Origin: Phyllobates terribilis
Taxonomy: Eukaryota
Length of the DNA stretch: 64,000 bases
Assembly: GCF_046119375.1 (NCBI RefSeq)
Contig: NW_027362767.1
Location: forward strand, 255,688,001-255,752,000
Reading direction: 5' to 3'
Under the pieces are notes generated by a model that had not been told where the DNA came from, searched no databases, and saw nothing but the letters and a program-made list of their open reading frames with translations. The position numbers and the translations under genes are program-made. Positions 1 through 13,390 of this stretch are shown here, in pieces (within the stretch, counting starts at the first letter, position 1; each line of letters starts with the position of its first letter).

Positions 1-3000
1 ACAACTATGTCCCCCCTCATAACCTCTCACCTCATAAATAAAAAATGCCCCCCCTCATAACCCCTCACCTCATAAATAAAAAATGTCCCCCCTCATAACC
101 CCTCACCTCATAAATGAAAAATGTCCCCCCTCATAACCGCTCACCTCATCAATAAATAAAAAATGTCCCCCTCATAACCCCTCACCTCACAAATAAATAA
201 AAAATGTCCTTCCTCATAAATAAATAAAAAATGTCCCCCCTCATAACCCCTCACCTCATAAATAAAAAATGTCCCCCCTCATAACCACTCACCTCATCAA
301 TAAATAAAAAAAGATCCCCCTCATAACTCTTCCCCAATAAATAAAAAATGTCCCCCCTCATAACACCTCACCTCATCAATAAATAAAAAATGTCCCCCTC
401 ATAACCCCTCACCTCATCAATAAATAAAAAATGTCCCCCCTCATAAATAAATAAAAAATGTCCCCCCGCATAACCCCTCACCTCATAAATAAAAAATGTC
501 CCCCCTCATAACCGCTCACCTCATCAATAAATAAAAAATGCCCCCCTCATAACCCTTCCCCAATAAATAGAAAATGTCCCCCCTCATAACACCTCACCTC
601 ATCAATAAATAAAAAATGTCCCCCTCATAACCCCTCACCTCATAAATAAATAAAAAATGTCCCCCCTCATAACCGCTCACCTCATCAATAAATAAAAAAT
701 ATCCCCCTCATAACTCCTCACCTCATAAATAAATAACAAATGTCCCCCCTCATAACCCCTCACCTCATAAATAAAAAATGTCCCCCCTCATAACCCCTCA
801 CCTCATAAATGAAAAATGTCACCCCTCATAACCGCTCACCTCATCAATAAATAAAAAATGTCCCCCTCATAACCCCTCACCTCACAAATAAATAAAAAAT
901 GTCCCCCCTCATAAATAAATAAAAAATGTCCCCCCCTCATAACCCCTCACCTCATGAATAAAAAATGTCCCCCCTCATAACCGCTCACCTCATCAATAAA
1001 TAAAAAATGCCCCCCTCATAACCCTTCCCCAATAAATAAAAAATGTCCCCCCTCATAACACCTCACCTCATCAATAAATAAAAAATGTCCCCCTCATAAC
1101 CCCTCACCTCATAAATAAATAAAAAATGTCCCCCCTCATAACCGCTCACCTCATCAATAAATAAAAAATATCCCCCTCATATCCCCTCACCTCATAAATA
1201 AATAACAAATGTCCCCCCTCATAACCCCTCACCTCATAAATAAAAAATGCCCCCCCTCATAACTATGTCCCCCCTCATAACCTCTCACCTCACCTCATCA
1301 ATAAAAAATGCCCCCCCCTCATAACCCCTCACCTCATAAATAAAAAATGTCCCCCTAACCCCTCACCTCATAAATAAAAAATGTCCCCCCTCATAACCGC
1401 TCACCTCATCAATAAATAAATAATGTCCCCCTCATAACTCCTCACCTCATAAATAAATAAAAAATGTCCCCCCTCATAACTCCCCATCTCATAAATAAAA
1501 AATGTCCCCCCTCATAACCCCTCACCTCATAAATAAAAAATGTCCCCCTTCATAACCCCTCACCTCATCAATAAATAAAAAATGTCCCCCCTCATAACAC
1601 CTCACCTCATAAGTAAAAAATGTTTCCCCTCATAACCGCTCACCTCATCAATAAATAAAAAATGCCCCCCCTCATAACCCCTCACCTCATCAATAAATAA
1701 AAAATGTCCCCCCTCATAACCCCTCACCTCATGAATAAAAAATGTCCCCCCTCATAACCCCTCACCTCATAAATAAAAAAAGGCCCCCCTCATAACTGCT
1801 CACCTCATCAATAAATAAAAAATGTCCCCCTCATAACTCCTCACCTCATAAATAAATAAAAAATGCCCCCCCTCATAACAACTATGTCCCCCCTCATAAC
1901 CTCTCACCTCATAAATAAAAAATGGCCCCCCTCATAACCCCTCACCTCATAAATAAAAAATGCCCCCTCATAACAACTATGTCCCCCCTCATAACCGCTC
2001 ATCTCATAAATAAATAAAAAATGTCCCCCCTCATAATCCCTCACCTCATGAATAAAAAAAGGCCCCCCTCATCAATAAATAAAAAATGTCCCCCTCATAA
2101 CCTCTCACCTCATAAATAAAAATGTCCCCCCTCATAACCGCTCACCTCATCAATAAAAAATGTTCCCCTCATAACCCCTCACCTCATAAGTAAAAAATGT
2201 CCCCCCTCATAACCCCTCATCTCATAAATAAAAAATGCCCCCTCATAACAACTATGTCCCCCCTCATAACCGCTCACCTCATCAATAAATAAAAAATGTC
2301 CCCCTCATAACTCCTCACCTCATAAATAAATAAAAAATGCCCCCCCCATAACAACTATGTCCCCCCTCATAACCTCTCACCTCATAAATAAAAAATGTCC
2401 CCCCTCATAACCGCTCACCTCATTAATAAATAAAAAATGTCCCCCTCATAACCCCTCACCTCATAAATAAAAAATATCCCCCCTCATAACCCCTCACCTC
2501 ATAAATAAAAAATGCCCCCCTCATAACAACTATGTCCCCCCTCATAACCGCTCACCTCATCAATAAATACAAAATGTCCCCCTCATAACTCCTCACCTCA
2601 TAAATAAAAATGCCCCCTCTCATAACAACTATGTCCCCCCTCATAACCTCTCACCTCATAAATAAAAAATGTCCCCCCTCATAACCCCTCACCTCATAAA
2701 TAAAAAATGTCCCCCCTCATAACCCCTCACCTCATAAATGAAAAATGTCCCCCCTCATAACCGCTCACCTCATCAATAAATAAAAAATGTCCCCCTCATA
2801 ACCCCTCACCTCACAAATAAATAAAAAATGTCCCCCCTCATAAATAAATAAAAAATGTCCCCCCCTCATAACCCCTCACCTCATAAATAAAAAATGTCCC
2901 CCCTCATAACCGCTCACCTCATCAATAAATAAAAAATGCCCCCCTCATAACCCTTCCCCAATAAATAAAAAATGTCCCCCCTCATAACACCTCACCCCAT

Positions 3001-6000
3001 CAATAAATAAAAATGTCCCCCTCATAACCCCTCACCTCATAAATAAATAAAAAATGTCCCCCCTCATAACCGCTCACCTCATCAATAAATAAAAAATATC
3101 CCCCTCATATCCCCTCACCTCATAAATAAAAAATGTCCCCGCTCATAACCCCTCACCTCATAAATAAAAAATGCCCCCCCTCATTACTATGTCCCCCCTC
3201 ATAACCTCTCACCTCACCTCATCAATAAAAAATGCCCCCCCGTCATAACCCCTCACCTCATACATAAAAAATGTCCCCCTAACCCCTCACCTCATAAATA
3301 AAAAATGTCCCCCCTTATAACCGCTCACCTCATCAATAAATAATGTCCCCCTCATAACTCCTCACCTCATAAATAAATAAAAAATGTCCCCCCTCATAAC
3401 TCCCCATCTCATAAATAAAAAATGTCCCCCCTCATAACCCCTCACCTCATAAATAAAAAATGTCCCCCTTCATAACCCCTCACCTCATCAATAAATAAAA
3501 AATGTCCCCCCTCATAACACCTCACCTCATAAGTAAAAAATGTTTCCCCTCATAACCGCTCACCTCATCAATAAATAAAAAATGTCCCCCCTCATAACCC
3601 CTCACCTCATAAATAAAAAATGTCCCCCCTCATAACCCCTCACCTCATAAATAAAAAATGTCCCCCCTCATAACCCCTCACCTCATAAATAAAAAATGTC
3701 CCCCTCATAACCGCTCACCTCATCAATAAAAAATGTCCCCCCTCATAACCGCTCACCTCATCAATAAATAAAAAATGTCCCCCTCATAACCTCTCACCTC
3801 ATAAATAAAAAATGTCCCCCCTCATAACCACTCACCTCATAAATAAAAAATGCCCCCTCATAACAACTATGTCCCCCCTCATAACCGCTCATCTCATCAA
3901 TAAATAAAAAATGTCCCCCCTCATAATCCCTCACCTCATAAATAAAAAAAGGCCCCCCTCATAACTGCTCACCTCATCAATAAATAAAAAATGTCCCCCT
4001 CATAACTCCTCACCTCATAAATAAATAAAAAATGCCCCCCCTCATAACAACTATGTCCCCCCTCATACCCTCTCACCTCATAAATAAAAAATGGCCACCC
4101 TCATAACCCCTCACCTCATAAATAAAAAATGTCCCCCCTCATAACCCCTCACCTCATGAATAAAAAATGTCCCCCCTCATAACCCCTCACCTCATAAATA
4201 AAAAATGCCCCCCTCATAACAACTATGTCCCCCCTCATAACCGCTCACCTCATCAATAAATAAAAAATGTCCCCCTCATAACTCCTCACCTCATAAATAA
4301 AAATGCCCCCTCTCATAACAACTATGTCCCCCCTCATAACCTCTCACCTCATAAATAAAAAATGCCCCCCCTCATAACCCCTCACCTCATAAATAAAAAA
4401 TGTCCCCCCTCATAACCCCTCACCTCATAAATGAAAAATGTCCCCCCTCATAACCGCTCACCTCATCAATAAATAAAAAATGTCCCCCTCATAACCCCTC
4501 ACCTCACAAATAAATAAAAAATGTCCTTCCTCATAAATAAATAAAAAATGTCCCCCCTCATAACCCCTCACCTCATAAATAAAAAATGTCCCCCCTCATA
4601 ACCGCTCACCTCATCAATAAATAAAAAAAGATCCCCCTCATAACCCTTCCCCAATAAATAAAAAATGTCCCCCCTCATAACACCTCACCTCATCAATAAA
4701 TAAAAAATGTCCCCCTCATAACCCCTCACCTCATCAATAAATAAAAAATGTCCCCCCTCATAAATAAATAAAAAATGTCCCCCCGCATAACCCCTCACCT
4801 CATAAATAAAAAATGTCCCCCCTCATAACCGCTCACCTCATCAATAAATAAAAAATGCCCCCCTCATAACCCTTCCCCAATAAATAGAAAATGTCCCCCC
4901 TCATAACACCTCACCTCATCAATAAATAAAAAATGTCCCCCCTCATAACCCCTCACCTCATAAATGAAAAATGTCACCCCTCATAACCGCTCACCTCATC
5001 AATAAATAAAAAATGTCCCCCTCATAACCCCTCACCTCACAAATAAATAAAAAATGTCCCCCCTCATAAATAAATAAAAAATGTCCCCCCCTCATAACCC
5101 CTCACCTCATGAATAAAAAATGTCCCCCCTCATAACCGCTCACCTCATCAATAAATAAAAAATGCCCCCCTCATAACCCTTCCCCAATAAATAAAAAATG
5201 TCCCCCCTCATAACACCTCACCTCATCAATAAATAAAAAATGTCCCCCTCATAACCCCTCACCTCATAAATAAATAAAAAATGTCCCCCCTCATAACCGC
5301 TCACCTCATCAATAAATAAAAAATATCCCCCTCATATCCCCTCACCTCATAAATAAATAACAAATGTCCCCCCTCATAACCCCTCACCTCATAAATAAAA
5401 AATGCCCCCCCTCATAACTATGTCCCCCCTCATAACCTCTCACCTCACCTCATCAATAAAAAATGCCCCCCCCCTCATAACCCCTCACCTCATAAATAAA
5501 AAATGTCCCCCTAACCCCTCACCTCATAAATAAAAAATGTCCCCCCTCATAACCGCTCACCTCATCAACAAATAAATAATGTCCCCCTCATAACTCCTCA
5601 CCTCATAAATAAATAAAAAATGTCCCCCCTCATAACTCCCCATCTCATAAATAAAAAATGTCCCCCCTCATAACCCCTCACCTCATAAATAAAAAATGTC
5701 CCCCTTCATAACCCCTCACCTCATCAATAAATAAAAAATGTCCCCCCTCATAAAACCTCACCTCATAAGTAAAAAATGTTTCCCCTCATAACCGCTCACC
5801 TCATCAATAAATAAAAAATGCCCCCCCTCATAACCCCTCACCTCATAAATAAATAAAAAATGTCCCCCCTCATAACCCCTCACCTCATGCATAAAAAATG
5901 TCCCCCCTCATAACCCCTCACCTCATAAATAAAAAAAGGCCCCCCTCATAACTGCTCACCTCATCAATAAATAAAAAATGTCCCCCTCATAACTCCTCAC

Positions 6001-9000
6001 CTCATAAATAAATAAAAAATGCCCCCCCTCATAACAACTATGTCCCCCCTCATAACCTCTCACCTCATAAATAAAAAATGGCCCCCCTCATAACCCCTCA
6101 CCTCATAAATAAAAAATGCCCCCTCATAACAACTATGTCCCCCCTCATAACCGCTCATCTCATAAATAAATAAAAAATGTCCCCCCTCATAATCCCTCAC
6201 CTCATGAATAAAAAAAGGCCCCCCTCATCAATAAATAAAAAATGTCCCCCTCATAACCTCTCACCTCATAAATAAAAATGTCCCCCCTCATAACCGCTCA
6301 CCTCATCAATAAAAAATGTTCCCCTCATAACCCCTCACCTCATAAGTAAAAAATGTCCCCCCTCATAACCCCTCATCTCATAAATAAAAAATGCCCCCTC
6401 ATAACAACTATGTCCCCCCTCATAACCGCTCACCTCATCAATAAATAAAAAATGTCCCCCTCATAACTCCTCACCTCATAAATAAATAAAAAATGCCCCC
6501 CCCATAACAACTATGTCCCCCCTCATAACCTCTCACCTCATAAATAAAAAATGTCCCCCCTCATAACCGCTCACCTCATTAATAAATAAAAAATGTCCCC
6601 CTCATAACCCCTCACCTCATAAATAAAAAATATCCCCCCTCATAACCCCTCACCTCATAAATAAAAAATGCCCCCCTCATAACAACTATGTCCCCCCTCA
6701 TAACCGCTCACCTCATCAATAAATACAAAATGTCCCCCTCATAACTCCTCACCTCATAAATAAAAATGCCCCCTCTCATAACAACTATGTCCCCCCTCAT
6801 AACCTCTCACCTCATAAATAAAAAATGTCCCCCCTCATAACCCCTCACCTCATAAATAAAAAATGTCCCCCCTCATAACCCCTCACCTCATCAATAAATA
6901 AAAAATGTCCCCCTCATAACCCCTCACCTCACAAATAAATAAAAAATGTCCCCCCTCATAAATAAATAAAAAATGTCCCCCCCTCATAACCCCTCACCTC
7001 ATAAATAAAAAATGTCCCCCCTCATAACCGCTCACCTCATCAATAAATAAAAAATGCCCCCCTCATAACCCTTCCCCAATAAATAAAAAATGTCCCCCCT
7101 CATAACACCTCACCCCATCAATAAATAAAAATGTCCCCCTCATAACCCCTCACCTCATAAATAAATAAAAAATGTCCCCCCTCATAACCGCTCACCTCAT
7201 CAATAAATAAAAATATCCCCCTCATATCCCCTCACCTCATGAATAAAAAATGTCCCCCCTCATAACCCCTCACCTCATAAATAAAAAATGCCCCCCCCTC
7301 ATTACTATGTCCCCCCTCATAACCTCTCACCTCACCTCATCAATAAAAAATGCCCCCCCGTCATAACCCCTCACCTCATACATAAAAAATGTCCCCCTAA
7401 CCCCTCACCTCATAAATAAAAAATGTCCCCCCTTATAACCGCTCACCTCATCAATAAATAATGTCCCCCTCATAACTCCTCACCTCATAAATAAATAAAA
7501 AATGTTCCCCCTCATAACTCCCCATCTCATAAATAAAAAATGTCCCCCCTCATAACCCCTCACCTCATAAATAAAAAATGTCCCCCTTCATAACCCCTCA
7601 CCTCATCAATAAATAAAAAATGTCCCCCCTCATAACACCTCACCTCATAAGTAAAAAATGTTTCCCCTCATAACCGCTCAACTCATCAATAAATAAAAAA
7701 TGTCCCCCCTCATAACCCCTCACCTCATAAATAAATAAAAAATGTCCCCCCTCATAACCCCTCACCTCATAAATAAAAAATGTCCCCCCTCATAACCCCT
7801 CACCTCATAAATAAAAAATGTCCCCCTCATAACCGCTCACCTCATCAATAAAAAATGTCCCCCCTCATAACCGCTCACCTCATCAATAAATAAAAAATGT
7901 CCCCCTCATAACCTCTCACCTCATAAATAAAAAATGTCCCCCCTCATAACCACTCACCTCATAAATAAAAAATGCCCCCTCATAACAACTATGTCCCCCC
8001 TCATAACCGCTCATCTCATCAATAAATAAAAAATGTCCCCCCTCATAAATAAAAAAAGGCCCCCCTCATAACTGCTCACCTCATCAATAAATAAAAAATG
8101 TCCCCCTCATAACTCCTCACCTCATAAATAAATAAAAAATGCCCCCCCCTCATAACAACTATGTCCCCCCTCATACCCTCTCACCTCATAAATAAAAAAT
8201 GGCCACCCTCATAACCCCTCACCTCATAAATAAAAAATGTCCCCCCTCATAACCCCTCACCTCATAAATAAAAAATGTCCCCCCTCATAACCCCTCACCT
8301 CATAAATAAAAAATGCCCCCCTCATAACAACTATGTCCCCCCTCATAACCGCTCACCTCATCAATAAATAAAAAATGTCCCCCTCATAACTCCTCACCTC
8401 ATAAATAAAAATGCCCCCTCTCATAACAACTATGTCCCCCCTCATAACCTCTCACCTCATAAATAAAAAATGCCCCCCCTCATAACCCCTCACCTCATAA
8501 ATAAAAAATGTCCCCCCTCATAACCCCTCACCTCATAAATGAAAAATGTCCCCCCTCATAACCGCTCACCTCATCAATAAATAAAAAATGTCCCCCTCAT
8601 AACCCCTCACCTCACAAATAAATAAAAAATGTCCTTCCTCATAAATAAATAAAAAATGTCCCCCCTCATAACCCCTCACCTCATAAATAAAAAATGTCCC
8701 CCCTCATAACCGCTCACCTCATCAATAAATAAAAAATGTCCCCCTCATAACCCTTCCCCAATAAATAAAAAATGTCCCCCCTCATAACACCTCACCTCAT
8801 CAATAAATAAAAAATGTCCCCCTCATAACCCCTCACCTCATCAATAAATAAAAAATGTCCCCCCTCATAAATAAATAAAAAATGTCCCCCCGCATAACCC
8901 CTCACCTCATAAATAAAAAATGTCCCCCCTCATAACCGCTCACCTCATCAATAAATAAAAAATGCCCCCCTCATAACACTTCCACAATAAATAGAAAATG

Positions 9001-9393
9001 TCCCCCCTCATAACACCTCACCTCATCAATAAATAAAAAATGTCCCCCTCATAACCCCTCACCTCATAAATAAATAAAAAATGTCCCCCCTCATAACCGC
9101 TCACCTCATCAATAAATAAAAAATATCCCCCTCATAACTCCTCACCTCATAAATAAATAACAAATGTCCCCCCTCATAACCCCTCACCTCATAAATAAAA
9201 AATGCCCCCCCTCATAACTATGTCGCCCCTCATAACCTCTCACCTCATAAATAAAAAATGGCCCCCCCTCATAACCCCTCACCTCATAAATAAAAAATGT
9301 CCCCCTAACCCCTCACCTCATAAATAAAAAATGTCCCCCCTCATAACCGCTCACATCATCAATAAATAAAAAATGTCCCCCTCATAACCCCTC
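1..9393. repeat. 38-bp C/A-rich satellite array, left block (runs off the window start)
   Basis: Consensus ATAAATAAAAAATGTCCCCCCTCATAACCCCTCACCTC repeated with small indels. The rare variant GTCCTTCCTC recurs at 206, 4523 and 8631, indicating a ~4.1-4.3 kb higher-order repeat. Confidence 0.97.
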
Positions 9394-9489
9394 TGTAACG
9401 GGTCTGGGAGGCGGAACCTCTGAGCTACTATACAAGGGGGCGGTCCTTGCAAGGGAGCGGGTGGCGACCAGGGAAGACGGGCAGGCAGT

Positions 9490-9697
9490 CACAGCAGGTG
9501 ACCGGGACAGTCTCTGAGTGAACGGGCTGGAGGTCACGGCAAGTGACCGGGGCAGTCTCTGGATGAACGGGCAGGAGGTCACGGCAAGTGACCGGGGCAG
9601 TCTCTGGATGAACGGGCAGGAGGTCACGGCAAGTGACCGGGGCAGTCTCTGGATGAACGGGCAGGAGGTCACGGCAAGTGACCGGGGCAGTCTCTGG
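9490..9697. repeat. 45-bp tandem repeat inside the LTR (~4.5 copies)
   Basis: Unit GTGACCGGGGCAGTCTCTGGATGAACGGGCAGGAGGTCACGGCAA; it gives the 15-aa periodicity of the ORF-track peptides here. Confidence 0.9.
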
Positions 9698-9724
9698 GTA
9701 AAGGGTAGTTATGACCTGTGATGG

Positions 9725-10280
9725 CAGAGCCTCCAGGTAGGCTAGCGGGCAGATGGTAGATGTGTGCTCCCAGGTGAGCAAGCGAGAGTCTCTGGAATGG
9801 CAGGTGGTCACAGCACGTGACGGCGGAGCCTCCAGGTAGGCTAGCAGGCAGGTAACAGGTGTGCGCTCCCAGGTGAGCGGGCAGGAGTCTCTGGAATGGC
9901 AGGTGGTCACAGCACGTGACGGCGGAGCCTCCAGGTAGGCTAGCAGGCAGGTAGCAGGTGTGCGCTCCCAGGTGAGCGGGCAGGAGTCTCTGGAATGGCA
10001 GGTGGTCACAGCACGTGACGGCGGAGCCTCCAGGTAGGCTAGCAGGCAGGTAACAGGTGTGCGCTCCCAGGTGAGCGGGCAGGAGTCTCTGGAATGGCAG
10101 GTGGTCACAGCACGTGACGGCGGAGCCTCCAGGTAGGCTAGCAGGCAGGTAGCAGGTGTGCGCTCCCAGGTGAGCGGGCAGGAGTCTCTGGAATGGCAGG
10201 TGGGCACAGCACGTGACGGCGGAGCCTCCAGGTAGGCTAGCAGGCAGGTAGCAGATGTGCGCTCCCAGGTGAGCGGGCAA
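9725..10280. repeat. 99-bp tandem repeat inside the LTR (~5.5 copies)
   Basis: GAGCCTCCAGGTAGGCTAGC recurs every ~99 bp; it gives the 33-aa periodic ORFs. Confidence 0.9.
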
Positions 10281-10689
10281 GCTGGTCCATAGACAGACTG
10301 ACAGGAGTAGGAAGGCAGACCGTCGGACCTCAGGCTAGCAAGCAGGTAGGAGGAATGTCAGGCAGGAAACAGACAGCAAACTGGCAGGATTCTGGCAGGT
10401 AACTGGCAACGGGACCTGAGGGCTGAAGCAGAGTAGTGAACAGTGCAACAACATTGCTCGGGCACCTCCATTTTGGAGGAGGTGCCTTATATATGGTGAA
10501 GTCCTCCGGCCATTGGCCGGGGACTCCTTAGGACGGCGCGCGCGGCCCCTTTAAGAGGGAGGGAGCGCGCGCGCCCTAAGCACAGTGGCCGGGAAGCAGC
10601 GCGCGCTGCCAGCAAAGCGGGAGGAGGACGCAGAGGGGAGAGGGGAACAGCGTCCCTGCCTAACAGAGGGCAGGGACGCCGGCGCTACA

Positions 10690-12791
10690 CCCTCAACTCA
10701 TAAATAAATAAAATGTCTCCCCTCATAACCCCTCACCTCATAAGTAAAAAATGTCCCCCCCTCACAACCCCTCACCTCATAAATAAAAAATGTCCCCCCC
10801 TCATAACCGCTCACCTCATCAATAAATAAAAAATGTCCCCCTTATAACCCCTCACCTCATAAATAAAAAATGGCCCCCTCATAACCCCTCACCTCATAAA
10901 TAAAAAATGTCCCCCCTCATAACCGCTCACCTCATCAATAAATAAAAAATGTCCCCCTCATAACAACCTCACCTCATAAATAAAAAATGGCCCCCCTCAT
11001 AACCGCTCACCTCATAAATAAAAAATGGCCCCCCTCATAACCCCTCACCCCATAAATAAAAAATGGCCCTCCTCATAACCTCTCACTTCATAAGTAAAAA
11101 ATGTCCCCCCCTCATAACCCGACTTCATGAATAAAAAATGCCCCCCACCTCATGAATAAAAAATGAATACCTCCCTCATAACCCCTCACCTCATATATAA
11201 TAAATGTCCCCCCTCATAACCTCTCACCTCATAAATAAAAAATGGCCCCCCCTCATAACCCCTCACCTCATAAATAAAAAATGTCCCCCTAACCCCTCAC
11301 CTCATAAATAAAAAATGTCCTGCCTCATAACCGCTCACATCATCAATAAATAAAAAATATCCCCCTCATAACCCCTCAACTCATAAATAAATAAAATGTC
11401 TCCCCTCATAACCCCTCACCTCATAAATAATGTCCCCCCCTCACAACCCCTCACCTCATAAATAAAAAATGTCCCCCCCTCATAACCGCTCACCTCATCA
11501 ATAAATAAGAAATGTCCCCCTTATAACCCCTCACCTCATAAATAAAAAATGGCCCCCTCATAACCCCTCACCTCATAAATAAAAAATGTCCCCCCTCATA
11601 ACCGCTCACCTCATCAATAAATAAAAAATGTCCCCCTCATAACAACCTCACCTCATAAATAAAAAATGGCCCCCCTCATAACCGCTCACCTCATAAATAA
11701 AAAATGGCCCCCCTCATAACCCCTCACCCCATAAATAAAAAATGGCCCTCCTCATAACCTCTCACTTCATAAGTAAAAAATGTCCCCCCCTCATAACCCG
11801 ACTTCATAAATAAAAAATGCCCCCCACCTCATGAATAAAAAATGAATACCTCCCTCATAACCCCTCACCTCATATATAATAAATGTCCCCCCTCATAACC
11901 CCTCACCTCATAAATAAAAAATGGCCCCCCCTCATAACCCCTCACCTCATAAATAAAAAATGTCCCCCTAACCCCTCACCTCATAAATAAAAAATGTCCC
12001 CCCTCATAACCGCTCACATCAATAAATAAAAAATATCCCCCTCATAACCCCTCAACTCATAAATAAATAAAATGTCTCCCCTCATAACCCCTCACCTCAT
12101 AAATAATGTCCCCCCCTCACAACCCCTCACCTCATAAATAAAAAATGTCCCCCCCTCATAACCGCTCACCTCATCAATAAATAAAAAATGTCCCCCTTAT
12201 AACCCCTCACCTCATAAATAAAAAATGGCCCCCCTCATAACCGCTCACCTCATCAATAAATAAAAAATGTCCCCCTCATAACAACCTCACCTCATAAATA
12301 AAAAATGGCCCCCCTCATAACCGCTCACCTCATAAATAAAAAATGGCCCCCCTCATAACCCCTCACCCCATAAATAAAAAATGGCCCTCCTCATAACCTC
12401 TCACTTCATAAGTAAAAAATGTCCCCCCCTCATAACCCGACTTCATAAATAAAAAATGCCCCCCACCTCATGAATAAAAAATGAATACCTCCCTCATAAC
12501 CCCTCACCTCATATATAATAAATGTCCCCCCTCATAACCCCTCATCTTATAAAGAAAAAATGTCCCAGCTCATAACCGCTCACCTCATCAATAAATAAAA
12601 AATGTCCCCCCTCATAACCCCTCACCTCATAAATAAAAAATGTCCCCCCTCATAACCCCTCACCTCATAAATAAAAAATGCCCCCCCTCATAACAACTAT
12701 GTCCCCACCTCATAACCCCTCACCTCATAAATAAAAAATGGCCCACCTCATAACCCCTAACCTCATAAATAATTAATAAATGTCCCCCCTC
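10690..12791. repeat. 38-bp satellite, right block with a ~0.65-kb higher-order unit
   Basis: Same monomer as the left block. Marker CATAACCCGACTTCAT at 11113, 11792 and 12431. Confidence 0.95.
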
Positions 12792-13390
12792 GCGCCTCTT
12801 GGCACTTTTTACCTCTGTGCAAGAAGGGCTCCGCTGGACCAATGCGTGTTCATGTGATTTGATGAAAAATCGCTTTGAGGGCTTTTTTTCCTGATCACCC
12901 ATTACATATGGGTGTGTGATAAAACGGATGTGGCGCGGTCACCATCTGTACGGCGCCCGTTTTAGCGGATACATTGCAATTATGAACATAGATAGCTATT
13001 TAGCATTGTAATAGTTTTTAATGGATGTCATATGGAGAACACAAAAGAAAAATCCTTTATTTTTTAAGGAATGATTTTTTCCTTTGACTGTATACAGACG
13101 GTCATAATGAAAGAATTGCGTATGTGACTGGCTCTGTGTGTTTGGAGTGTGATTTTGTCCGCCATGATGGGTCCGTGGCATACAGACTGATACGCTAGTC
13201 TGAACAAGCCCTTAGGCAGATTTTACACCTGTGCTTGGATCACAATGCCAGGCCCAATCTCCGGGTCACATGAACACAGATAACTGACGAATAGGCATAT
13301 ATAGGGTTGTGGAGTTTAGGTTAAGGGACCCGCGGTCAGTCCAGAAGTCGCAGCCCGTGATATTTGGATGTCTGAACACTGCCTCACATA

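Larger units (their letters stand above)
9394..10689 (-). mobile_element. Solo LTR of an LTR retrotransposon/ERV (family not resolved)
   Basis: Termini TGTAACG...CGCTACA (TG..CA, imperfect inverted ends). 5-bp TSD CCCTC at 9389-9393 and 10690-10694. On the - strand a CCAAT (~10512-10516) lies upstream of TATATAA (~10487-10493). No internal gag/pol sequence. Confidence 0.85.

Noticed and set aside
9382-10280. ORFs inside the LTR
   Set aside because: Products of the 45-bp and 99-bp tandem repeats; no gag, pol or env similarity.
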